Positions 20,290 through 29,906 are shown, counted from the first letter of the stretch. The stretch is DNA of 42,761 nucleotides from Alteraurantiacibacter sp. (GCA_041740775.1 JBGSLI010000185.1:1-42761), one strand, 5' to 3'. Notes: a model not told the origin generated them from the sequence alone. Translations and numbers: made by a program.

Positions 20290-20320
20290 CCTCCGCCCGA
20301 ACGCCATCATACGGCGGAGG
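20290..20320 (-). terminator. GC-rich stem-loop between the small peptide gene and the radical SAM gene
   Basis: CCTCCGCC (20290-20297) pairs with GGCGGAGG (20313-20320). No U-tract on the minus strand, so it may be an mRNA-stabilising or attenuating hairpin. Confidence 0.45.
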
Positions 20321-20366
20321 GCGGGATGGTCTGTCGATGCCAAGCGGCAGCCGACAGACCAAAAAA

Positions 20367-20492
20367 TCAGCGGCGCATCGCCGGGCCCCAGCTCTTCTGG
20401 ACAGAAGCGTCAGAAGCCATGACCGCATCCAGACGTCCGGAAGCAGCGGCATTCTTGATTTCGTTAAGGCAGCTCTTGATTGCGTCAGTCAT
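20367..20492 (-). CDS. 41-aa putative RiPP precursor MTDAIKSCLNEIKNAAASGRLDAVMASDASVQKSWGPAMRR
   Basis: Hand translation (below the ORF-track cutoff); AAGAAGGA RBS 6 nt before the ATG; same strand as and directly upstream of the radical SAM gene; single Trp near the C-terminus. Confidence 0.7.
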   Translation of the reverse strand: MTDAIKSCLNEIKNAAASGRLDAVMASDASVQKSWGPAMRR

Positions 20493-20519
20493 GCTTTGTC
20501 CTTCTTACTGATGGTGATC

Positions 20520-20535
20520 GACGCAGGTCTGCGTC
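20520..20535. promoter_or_regulatory. Palindrome GACGCAG-gt-CTGCGTC upstream of the peptide gene
   Basis: Perfect 7-bp inverted repeat in the divergent intergenic region. Confidence 0.35.
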
Positions 20536-20732
20536 AGAAAAAACAATATAGCAGGAGGTCTGTGAGTCAAACGTTTGTGTGGTATGCTAAACCTGTTGCT
20601 TTCAACCGCTCTAGGGACATAGGATATCGCAACAGTTCCGGCCAACAAACGCGAAACGGTGGGACTACTCGGCTTAATTTCGGATCAGGCTCGCGGTGGG
20701 AATCAATAGTCTTGGTCAATGGAGGCGCCAAC

Positions 20733-21197
20733 ATGAAAATCTACGTCGTATTCCAAGGGGACCGGCGGCCATTGTGTGCCTTTGTGGACGAAGACCAGGC
20801 TGAGACGTTCAAGTCGATACTCGCGTCAAACCCGGAAATCAGGGATAGAGAACTTCGTGTAGGATCTCTGAACCTGATGAAGCATACTGGCCCAAAATTC
20901 AGTGACATTGTCGAAGACGAGGACAAGGTCGACGAGGGGGGCGAACCAATCTTTTTGAGTTATTCTCCGATGCAATCGTCTCCAATCGGCGTAACACGAA
21001 ATCTGGATGACGCCAGAGGTACGGTGTTCGGGTTCAGTGGCAAGGGCGACGTGCTTGCCATCGACCTGTTTCCTTCGGGCGCCAAGATGCCGGGTGGGAC
21101 AAGATTCGAATACGTCAGCAGTTTTGGCGCTGGCTGGAACTTGTCCATGCATGAAAGATGGCGGCGTCACATGTCATTTTTTGCTTCGAACAAATGA
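20733..21197 (+). CDS. Hypothetical protein (154 aa)
   Basis: GGAGG RBS, ATG 20733, ATGA overlap with the next gene; no family recognised. Confidence 0.7.
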   Translation: MKIYVVFQGDRRPLCAFVDEDQAETFKSILASNPEIRDRELRVGSLNLMKHTGPKFSDIVEDEDKVDEGGEPIFLSYSPMQSSPIGVTRNLDDARGTVFGFSGKGDVLAIDLFPSGAKMPGGTRFEYVSSFGAGWNLSMHERWRRHMSFFASNK

Positions 21198-22267
21198 ATG
21201 CTAATCGCGGAGACGCCATAAAATCTGGGGAATGCTTGACCCGCGCGGATGCGGGTGCCCCGGGTCAGTTGCTGATCGACGCCGCAGTCGCCGAAAACAT
21301 GAGCGATGACGAGATTTGCACTGACTTACTCCCATTAATCCGCAGCAATGTCTATCGCGTCGATCCATGCAGGCGCGCCGTCTCGATCGAAGGGCCGGAT
21401 GTCTCCCATCAGCTAATCGATCCTGACTTGGAGGATGGCCTTCGATGGCTTGGCGTCGGATCGTGCGCACGGTCCCGTTTCGACTTTCGCGAGCAGCGAA
21501 GCCGCCTTTTGCTCGCACTTGAAGATAGCTGGTGCGGGGTATTTCTGGCCAGCCATCTTGCCACGCTGCGATCCGACGAGCCGCTCACGATTATCCATCT
21601 GGACGACCACACCGACATGATGTCGACGCTGCTGGTTGTCGAGCAATGTGCCGACGGCTCGTCAGCGCTTGAGGATCCACTTACCGGGGCGCCGTTCGAT
21701 CCCGCATCCCCCGCTGACTGGCACAGTGCGATCACCAGTGGAGCGATCACGATTGGCTCGTTTCTCACACCATTCTTTGCGCTTGATCGTATCGTAGAAG
21801 TGTTTCACCTCAAGGCCGATCTCGAAAAGGCCGAAACCTTTGCGGTCGCTCCGCAAGCGGTAGACCACGATCTGCTGGCAGGGTATCGGTTCCATGCGAT
21901 TGAGCTGGGCGACAGCGAAGCCGACGCAAACCCGAAGCGCCTCTATCGCCGATCGAATGACGCGCACGAACTACTGGCACCGCTAGCGGAAGATCGCCGG
22001 GCCGCGATCCATATCGACCTCGACTATTTCCTCAACGATTACAACGGAAACGCATGGCAGGTGGGCGAGATCGACATGGTTGCGATGCGGAAGTGTGCGC
22101 TTGAGCGGCTGGACCATTTCTTTTCCGCCCTCGACCGATCTGGCATCTCGATCGCGTGCTGGATGATCGGCGTGTCGCCCGGCTTTTGCAGCGCGCGCCA
22201 CTGGCGGTTCCTCATCGAACAGATCGAACGGCGAATTGCCGATCTCGAAGCCATTCTGGCGAGGTAG
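21194..22267 (+). CDS. UPF0489 / peptide-arginase-like metallohydrolase
   Basis: IIHLDDHTDMM (DxHxD), ITIGSFL, IHIDLDYF (DxD) and SPGF: arginase-fold metal ligands as seen in UPF0489 proteins. Confidence 0.7.
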   Translation: MNANRGDAIKSGECLTRADAGAPGQLLIDAAVAENMSDDEICTDLLPLIRSNVYRVDPCRRAVSIEGPDVSHQLIDPDLEDGLRWLGVGSCARSRFDFREQRSRLLLALEDSWCGVFLASHLATLRSDEPLTIIHLDDHTDMMSTLLVVEQCADGSSALEDPLTGAPFDPASPADWHSAITSGAITIGSFLTPFFALDRIVEVFHLKADLEKAETFAVAPQAVDHDLLAGYRFHAIELGDSEADANPKRLYRRSNDAHELLAPLAEDRRAAIHIDLDYFLNDYNGNAWQVGEIDMVAMRKCALERLDHFFSALDRSGISIACWMIGVSPGFCSARHWRFLIEQIERRIADLEAILAR

Positions 22268-22278
22268 TCTAAGCTTGG

Positions 22279-22914
22279 CTAATCGGGCACGTCCGCCGCA
22301 GTGAAACAGGCCGTCAGCATCCAGATATGCTCCCCCTCCTGCAAGCGATGGCGACGATGCCAGAAGCGGCTGCCATGGCCGAACATGACCGCGCCCTGCG
22401 GCGTGGCAATGGTCTTGAGCAGCGCGCCGGGAGCATCGCCGTCATCAACGTAGACTGAAAGATTCAGGCCCGACACCTGGCTGTCGGGGCGAAGCGGCGA
22501 TGCATTTAGATAAAACAGCAGGGTGACTTCGCAGTTGGAAGCATCGTCGCGGTGGGTTTCGAGGAAATCCCCCACCTCGAAAAAGGTATAGCAGCTGGCG
22601 CCGGGGCAATAGCGAAACGGGCGCCCGAAGACGGGTTCGAGCAGGGCCGCAGAAGCCATGCTGCCGAGCACATGGATTGCTGAGGGGCCAAGCGGGGCTA
22701 CGCGCGAACTGTAAGCCAGATCGGCGCTCTCCGATACTGCGCGCTTCGCCTCGGTACGCTTGAAGCGGGCCTCCCGCGCAAGCTCTTTGAGCATTTCGGA
22801 GGATATGGCATCGGGAAAACAATGAAACCCGAAACATTCGATGGATTGCCGGATGCCGGGCAGTTGCGCGCCGTCAAGCCAGGAAATCGCGGGTACCGTG
22901 GCGGCCTGCGTCAT
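22279..22914 (-). CDS. 2OG-Fe(II) oxygenase family protein
   Basis: YTFFEVGDFLETHRD (HxD)..VTLLFYL..G.VMFGHGSRFWHRR (distal His). Confidence 0.75.
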   Translation of the reverse strand: MTQAATVPAISWLDGAQLPGIRQSIECFGFHCFPDAISSEMLKELAREARFKRTEAKRAVSESADLAYSSRVAPLGPSAIHVLGSMASAALLEPVFGRPFRYCPGASCYTFFEVGDFLETHRDDASNCEVTLLFYLNASPLRPDSQVSGLNLSVYVDDGDAPGALLKTIATPQGAVMFGHGSRFWHRRHRLQEGEHIWMLTACFTAADVPD

Positions 22915-23011
22915 ATTGATCGTTGATCCAAACGTAAAAATCGCGAAATCTATGATAACTGGGCGCTCGGTTTAGGCAAGCAGGGGCAGGCGTGAGGGAC
23001 TTATCACGGGG

Positions 23012-24409
23012 ATGACGATTACGGCCATAAATACAGCCCCCGTACACGCAATTGCGGGCGATATTGTTGTCGTCGGCGGCGGAATGGCCGGCCTCACCCT
23101 GGCCCGCAGATTGGCTCCCGGTCGCCGCGTCATTGTGCTTGAGCGGGGCGGTCCGGGGTCGGTGCCGGTTGACCCAGCCTGCGCCAACGGGGAGGTCGTC
23201 GGGCTGCCCTATCCGCTTGGCGAGATCCGCGATTTTCGTCTGGGCGGGTCCAGCTCTGTCTGGGCAGGTTATATCGCGCCACTTGATCGTCGCGACTTCG
23301 CAATCGGCTTTGGAACAGAACTTGGCGGTTGGCCGATCGAATTTGACGAACTGGCTATCTACGCCGATGAAGCCGCGTCATTGCTCAACGTTGCTAGCGC
23401 GGACTTCGCGCCCGACCTGATGGATCTGCCAAAAACGCTGCGCGGGCAACTCTCTCCCCACGGGGTCGACCTGCAGTACTGGCGCTTCAGCAAGCCCATC
23501 GTGCGGATGGCCAACGACTGGTCCCAAGATCTGGCGCAAAGCGCTGAAATCGCCGTCCTGACAGGCGCACGCGCGCTCGAGATCTTACTGACCCACGCGC
23601 AGAATGAGGTCGAGGCGATCACCTGCATGGCTGCGGACGGATCGCGCTTCGAAGTTCGAGGAAGCCTTTATGTGTTGGCATCAGGGGGGCTGGAAACGCC
23701 GCGTCTGATGTTGGCATCGCAAAGCCGGAGCCCTGCTGGCGTCGGCAATTATGAAGGGATGGTCGGTACATGCTTCTGTGAACATCCGCACCTCACGGTT
23801 CCAGGGTTCGAACTGGCGACCGGCAGCCCTTTGAACGCTTACGCGACGACCGGCGCCCTGCGCGATGGCTCGCCTGCAACCGTCAACTTTGCGCTTGATG
23901 CAGGTGCGGCAAACCTCAACGCACGAGCTCACTTTTTCCGCACGCCTGCCATGGCGGAGAACGCCGTTCCAAGACTCGGCATCTTTTGCGAGCAGTCGCC
24001 GATCATCGCGAGCAGGGTTTCTCTCGCGGACGGCTGCGATAGCATCGGGGTGCGCCAGTTGGTGCTGGACTGGCGCATTGCTGAACAGGATATCGAGGAG
24101 TTTGCAGCCATAGCGAACACTCTGTCCGAGGCGTTCGGTCGTGCCGACCATGGACGCTTAGTCCGTGAGCTCCACCCAGGCGACATCGGGCCGGAGCACA
24201 TCCTGCATTCCAATCACCAGCTGGGCACTACACGCATGGCCACCACCGCCCAGCAAGGTGTGGTGGACCGCAATGCCCGTGTATTCGGTGTCGACAATCT
24301 TTTCGTTGCGGGTGGCAGTATCTTTCCTAGGGTAGGCTGGGCCAATCCCACCTTTACGGTCATGCAATGTACGCTGCGCCTTGCCGATCATATTGCGGAG
24401 TTAGTCTAA
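23012..24409 (+). CDS. GMC family FAD-dependent oxidoreductase
   Basis: DIVVVGGGMAG, RLGGSSSVWAG, VLASGGLETPRLML, HQLGTTRM..GVVD..VFGVDNLFVAGGSIFP..ANPTFT. Confidence 0.92.
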   Translation: MTITAINTAPVHAIAGDIVVVGGGMAGLTLARRLAPGRRVIVLERGGPGSVPVDPACANGEVVGLPYPLGEIRDFRLGGSSSVWAGYIAPLDRRDFAIGFGTELGGWPIEFDELAIYADEAASLLNVASADFAPDLMDLPKTLRGQLSPHGVDLQYWRFSKPIVRMANDWSQDLAQSAEIAVLTGARALEILLTHAQNEVEAITCMAADGSRFEVRGSLYVLASGGLETPRLMLASQSRSPAGVGNYEGMVGTCFCEHPHLTVPGFELATGSPLNAYATTGALRDGSPATVNFALDAGAANLNARAHFFRTPAMAENAVPRLGIFCEQSPIIASRVSLADGCDSIGVRQLVLDWRIAEQDIEEFAAIANTLSEAFGRADHGRLVRELHPGDIGPEHILHSNHQLGTTRMATTAQQGVVDRNARVFGVDNLFVAGGSIFPRVGWANPTFTVMQCTLRLADHIAELV

Positions 24410-24411
24410 AA

Positions 24412-24906
24412 ATGAACGCCGCCTCCCTTCAGCATCATGGCTTGTCTCATGTCGGCGTTGCGACCCACGACATGGAAGCGACTATCGCCTTTTATACCGG
24501 GATTCTCGGTTTTCCCGTCGTTGCCGATCACGTTACCGAGATTGGCCAGGGAGGAAGGGTACGTCAGGTCTATTTCGATATCGGTGCGGATACATATTTC
24601 GTGTTCATGGAATCGAAGGGCGTACCCGATATTCCCGAGAATTTTCCGACCGGGATCAACGAAGCTCTGGGCACGCCCGCCGGGATGTTCCACTTTTCTT
24701 TCAACCTTGAAACCCGCGAAGAACTGGTAGCGCGGCAAAATGCGCTCGTTAACCTGGGTATAGGGGTTTCGGACATCATCGACCTCGGCCATGCCGATTC
24801 TATCTTCTTCTTCGACCCCAATAATCTGCAGCTTGAATTCTGCTGGCATTCAAGGCGCTTCGACGCTTCGGACATGGGCAAACGCTCCACCGCGGATCTG
24901 GCCTAG
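24412..24906 (+). CDS. VOC/glyoxalase family protein
   Basis: GLSHVGVATHDMEATIAFYTGILGF..FHFSF..SIFFFDPNNLQLEF; starts 2 nt after the GMC stop codon. Confidence 0.9.
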   Translation: MNAASLQHHGLSHVGVATHDMEATIAFYTGILGFPVVADHVTEIGQGGRVRQVYFDIGADTYFVFMESKGVPDIPENFPTGINEALGTPAGMFHFSFNLETREELVARQNALVNLGIGVSDIIDLGHADSIFFFDPNNLQLEFCWHSRRFDASDMGKRSTADLA

Positions 24907-25499
24907 ACCTGTGGATTTTGTCAGAACATCACCACGTTTGCTGATGCCCATGCAATTCCCACAGATTGCCTTAACACGATGGCTATCTGTTACCAACTTG
25001 GTCCCGGGGGAGATCAAACAGCTATTCTCGACTCTTCTCCTCAAGCCCGGTTTGGGCTAGAAAATCCGCGTGAAACCAAGGCCTTTGCCATCGGAAATCA
25101 GGCGGGGAAGTGGTCGATCACATCGGTCCAAATAGGGAACAACTTCGCGCACACCGAACGCAGCGGCAGCTGCAAAAAAATGACCGAAAAGCGTGAAGAA
25201 ACAGACGCGTTGCCCAAGCGCGAGACGGGACAAGCGAGTTGTTGCGGATCAAGGCCTGCCGATCTTTCGACCTCTCCAAAGGAAACGACAGATCCGATGC
25301 TTGCTGATCAAGGCGAGGAGTTCCGGCTCGAGCGTGGCTTCGCGCGCCGATGCTGTCCAATTGTCATAAGGAGCGCCCAGGATTCGCGCCGAACCGGGTG
25401 ATGAACCGGGGCGACAGGAAGACACAGGCAATTTTGTCACTCCTGCGTCGGGGCGCGCGTGCGCCATTAACTGCCCAGCTTCATCAAGGGAGCTGAAAA

Positions 25500-25960
25500 G
25501 TGAAATTGTTAGAGAGCAAAGTAGCCATCATCACAGGCGCTAGTTCAGGCATCGGGAGGGCGGCCGCAACATTGTTCGCCGCGCACGGAGCGTCGGTGGT
25601 GCTCGTCGCACGACGAAAGGGTCCGCTGGACTTGGCGGTCGAGGAAATCGAAAATCTTGGAGGCCGTGCGCTCGCCATCGTGGGAGACGTAACGGAAGAG
25701 CGCACGCACAAGGAGGCCGTTGCTGCCGCACGGGCACAGTTTGGCGGCTTGCACATTGCCTTCAACAATGCCGGTCTGGTCGGAGCTATGAAGCCGCTGG
25801 TGGAGATCGAGCCTCGGGAATGGTCGGAAGTGCTGGCGGTGAACCTCACGGCCGCGTTTCTCGGCGCTCGAGAACAGATCTCCGCCATGCTGGAGCAGGG
25901 AGCGGGCGCACTTGTATTCACCGGGAGCTTTGTCGGCAACAGCGTGGGGTTGCCGGGTAT
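25500..25960 (+). pseudogene. Short-chain dehydrogenase (SDR), 3'-truncated before the catalytic YxxxK
   Basis: KVAIITGASSGIG, AFNNAG, VNLTAAF, SFVGNSVGLPG, then a switch to antisense GGDEF-gene sequence. Confidence 0.85.
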
Positions 25961-26455
25961 CCGCGCAATGGTGTCTGTGTCCCTGAGGAGCTTGCGAAGC
26001 CGATCCCCAACATACTGAACCAAGAGGTCTCCAGCGGCATGGCCGAGCGTATCATTGACAATCTTGAACCTGTCGAGGTCGAGAATCAGGAGAGCAAACC
26101 TTTCCTTGTTTCGCCGCATTCTGCCAATCGCTTGGCCCAGGCTGTCCTCAAGAAGTGCCCTGTTGGCCAGGCCTGTAAGTGCGTCATGGGCTGCCTGATG
26201 TCTGGCTTTCGCCTCCCGTTTTTCCAACTCGAGGACTACTTCTACAAGAGCCCGGTGAAGCAGAGACATCACCAGAACCGTTACGATTGTCGAAGCCACT
26301 AGAGTGGGCCAAATCAGTTCGAACAGTTGTGGGCCGGACGCAGCGTCTCGCTGCACCACCATCACTGTGGCGAAGTTTGTGAACACGATTGTTGCAATCG
26401 CGGCCGCGACGATTGGTGGCGTCAGTTTACGCGAATACCCCAAATCGACCTCCAT
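25959..26455 (-). pseudogene. Membrane diguanylate cyclase, truncated just before the GGDEF motif
   Basis: Two TM segments, HDALTGLANR, LDLDRFKIVNDTLGHAAGD, DTIARI, then antisense SDR sequence. Confidence 0.85.
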
Positions 26456-26562
26456 GTCGGGGTAGGTTTAAGGTAACAGGGTTAAGAAACTCACCGCAAA
26501 GCTGGTATGAAGCGTCCCGGGTTTTCCGGAGGCGGTTTCAATTGGGTCATTTGCGATTTTAC

Positions 26563-26784
26563 ATGGATGGGCAACCGGCGCTCAATCTATTGGAAGCCGC
26601 ATACGCCGGGCGTACCGGGAAACCGGAATTGGCAGAAGCGGGGCTCAACAAATTGTGCAACCATCCTCGCGCATGGATTGTCGGGCCGGATGAAATCATG
26701 GAGCGATTGCCCTTTGCGCCTGAGGTGAAGTCGCGCCTTGAAGAGTGGATTGCTTTTGAGACAGCCCCGGCCGATCTCGAATGA
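26563..26784 (+). CDS. Small hypothetical protein
   Basis: MDGQPALNLLEAAYAG..RLEEWIAFETAPADLE; protein-like composition only. Confidence 0.35.
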   Translation: MDGQPALNLLEAAYAGRTGKPELAEAGLNKLCNHPRAWIVGPDEIMERLPFAPEVKSRLEEWIAFETAPADLE

Positions 26785-27226
26785 ATGACGCAAGAAATGT
26801 GACTTTCGTAATTGTATGAAGGCCTGCTTCAGGCCTGATAATCCGACCCAGGCCACGATTGACTGCAGGTCATTGTGCCGACACGATAGCAGGCAGAATT
26901 GACGACAGGCGCGATGTCGGCTCCGCGGGAGCCTGACGGGTTGGCCATTTTACAGTCCTGTCCTGGCTGAATTGTATCCGGGCACCGTCAAGCGCGGACA
27001 GGAGCAAAAACACGACCGGCTGCACTTCAACTTCGCACCGCGATGCGCCAGGTACGTCACACATTGCAAAGCGACCGACATTTTTCCCTGCGTCCAGAAG
27101 CATTTTGCATCGACTTTACTATAGGTGGCGCGCGCAGGGTTCATCGGAGAACTACCTAACCAGAGGTGGCCGGTTTCTAATTGTCGAGCTCTCATCACGT
27201 ATGGTCGCGTGAGGTGGAGAGTCGCA

Positions 27227-29572
27227 ATGTATCAACGCGCTGGTTACGCATTCAAGCTACGGTTTCGCAGCCGCGTGCTTTTGCCCGGAGCGGTGATCTT
27301 GTTGGCCACGGCGGCAATCTGCGCGGGCGCGCTGATTGCCGCGGGCCGAGGCACCGATTCGATGATGGCGCTGGGACAGCAAGGCGAAGTCTGGCGCGCG
27401 TTGGCGCGCGGCCTGGACGACCTGTCGGTCGCGCAGGAGTCGGTCGGCCTGTGCGAGGAATGCATCAGCGAGGCCGCATCCCCCGATTCCGATCGCGTGT
27501 GGTTGAACGAGAATATCGGGGCCCGGCTGTTCGACCTGCACAAGGTTCACGAAACATACGTGCTCGATCCCGAGAACCGGCCAGTCTTTGCCTCGGTGCA
27601 GCGCCGAGCCGGGCGTCCGTCAACATATTCTGGCGCGATGCATCGCTCAGGAATATGTCGTCGAGGTAACGCAGGCTGACCAGCACAGGTGGCGGGCTGG
27701 TTTCGTCAAACCCTGCAGTACCGATACGAGCCATGGGCATCACGCTGACAAAGGCGAGATTCTCTCCGATTTGCACAATGTCGGTGGCGTGAACTACCGC
27801 AGGTGTGGTCCGGACCGTCGGATACAGGATCATTGGTTCGTCAGTGAATCCCGGCACCGGCGGCAAGGTTAGCGGCTCGGGGGGAGATCCGGGGAGACGC
27901 TCGTTGAGATTGCTTTGCCCGCTCGGACGCCTGATCTTCCCGCGTGCGAGCATGACGAAACGGTCGACAGCGGGGGCGATCCGCTCATAGACCGAAGGGG
28001 AGACGTTTCGATGATGCGACCAGCCTGCGCCAGGGGGAAGCCTCTATGCCGCTGATGAACAGCGACGGCGTTGTCCTGACCAACATATTCTGGAAGCCTT
28101 TGCAGCCCGGGACCGCCGTAATCAAAATGCTGCTGCTCCCTGCTGCTGGCGTATTCGGTGTCATTACATTCCTCGTCCTTTTTATGGCGTTGCGAATACG
28201 AAGACTCATAAAGCGCGATGCGGAGCACCTGGCCCAGCTCGAACAGGCACATCTCGAACTCACTGCCCAGGAAGCTCAAGCCCTTCACAGAGCCTATCAC
28301 GATGCGCTCACTGGCCTGCCCAATCGTGCATTGTTCAACGACAACGCCGAGAAAGCCCTGTTGGGAGCGCGGCAGGGCGAGAAAATGGCGGTAGTGCTAC
28401 TGGATCTTGACCGATTCAAAAACGTCAATGACCGGTTCGGGCACCTGGCAGGAGACGAACTGATCGGGGAGGTCGGCAAACGGCTTCTAAAGGTACTAAA
28501 GCGAAAAGACGCCGTCGCTCGGTTGGGCGGCGACGAGTTCGCGATATTGCTCCAGGGCGAAGACTTGAAAGGCGGCATTGAGCCGAGGCTGAAGCGGATC
28601 CTCAATGACCTCCATCGCCCTTATGAAGTTCTCGGTAACCAGGCGCACGTCGGCGTTAGCATGGGCATCGCCGTTGCCCCCAGATACGGAACCGATCGCA
28701 CCGACCTTATGCGCAAGGCCGACATTGCACTTTATCGGGCCAAGGATCAGGGTCGCGACTGCTATCGCTTTTTTACCGAGTCAATGGACGAGACCGTCCA
28801 GCTTCGCGCGCAGCTCGAAGAAGAATTGCGGGTTTGTCTGGCTTCGGGCGAGGGGCTCAGTGTGCACTATCAGCCGCTCGTTGATTCGGGTCGGCGCAAG
28901 GTCACCGGGTTCGAGGCTCTGCTGCGTTGGAACCATCCCGAACGCGGGTGGATTCCCCCACAACTTTTTGTTCCTGTTGCCGAAGAGACTGGTCTGATCG
29001 GGGTGCTCGGCGAGTGGGTTCTGCGCGAATCGTGCAAAGTTGCGCTTGAGTGGCCGCAATTGACCGTGGCGATAAACCTCTCCCCCATCCAGTTCTGCGA
29101 TGAGGAGTTCGCCGGGCGAATGATAGCCATCGTGCAGCAAGCGGGCGTGAGTCCGCGCCAGATTGAGCTCGAAGTGACCGAGGGCGTCGTACTCGACCAG
29201 AACGAAACGGTGCGTGGGTCCCTGCGAAGGTTGCGGGAGGAAGGCTTCGGCATTGCGCTCGACGATTTCGGTACCGGCTATTCATCGCTCAGCTATTTGC
29301 GCGATTTTGACGTCGACCGGATCAAGATCGACAAAAGCTTCGTGCGCAGCCTCGGCCAAACCATGGACGCCAACGCGATCATCATTGCAGTCGTCACGCT
29401 CGGACACGCCATGGGTCTGCAAGTCACCGCCGAGGGTGTCGAAACTGCCGACCAGGAAGATTTCCTGCGTGCCGCGGGTTGCAATGTGCTGCAGGGCTTC
29501 TGGTTCTCGGAAGCGGTGCCGGCGAGCGAACTCGGCGCATTCATCTGTAAACACGCACGAAAGGCTGCCTGA
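27227..29572 (+). pseudogene. CHASE4-GGDEF-EAL diguanylate cyclase/phosphodiesterase interrupted by an internal inversion (27612-28003)
   Basis: The N-terminal TM and sensor start are on +, the sensor middle is on -, and the TM-GGDEF(ARLGGDEF)-EAL(GFEAL, DDFGTGYSSL) part is on +. Reversing 27612-28003 gives one 781-aa ORF. The 28046..29572 part is still open. Confidence 0.85.
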
Positions 29573-29660
29573 TTCCAATTCGTGTAGAATACATCTCCAC
29601 AAAGGGAATTGGGAATGCACAATTGGTGTCAGCGCAGGCCTGGCAAAACTGGACATCGGG

Positions 29661-29850
29661 ATGTGCAGGCGACCACAAGGGAACCACAGCCCCTCATCCG
29701 AAGCGAAGGCAGCGCTGGCCGCCGTCGAGGGCGAGCAGACGCTGGCCGGGTTTGCGCGGTGGTGTGGTTTTCACACTTCTCAGATCATGGCCTTGTCGAC
29801 CCAACTGCTGGTCGGTGCTGCGGGAGTATTCGGCGCGTACCCCGCCGTGG
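29661..29850 (+). pseudogene. IS3-family OrfA remnant
   Basis: NHSPSSEAKAALAAVEGEQTLA..HTSQI..QLLVGAAGVFG is a degenerate IS3 OrfA HTH. Confidence 0.65.
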
Positions 29851-29906
29851 CGGAACTGGACAGTCGAAGTCACGCCAGTCAGCCACATTGCAATTGGGGG
29901 GGCGGC

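Noticed and set aside
20124-20732. N-terminal extension of the 357-aa + ORF
   Set aside because: It overlaps the rSAM start and the peptide gene in antisense; the good RBS and ATG are at 20733.
25879-25887. TCTCCGCCA matching the tRNA 3' end, as a possible attR
   Set aside because: Only 9 bp and inside the SDR coding sequence; expected by chance in GC-rich DNA.
25484-26455. 323-aa ORF as an intact protein
   Set aside because: Chimera of a truncated DGC and antisense SDR created by the deletion junction.
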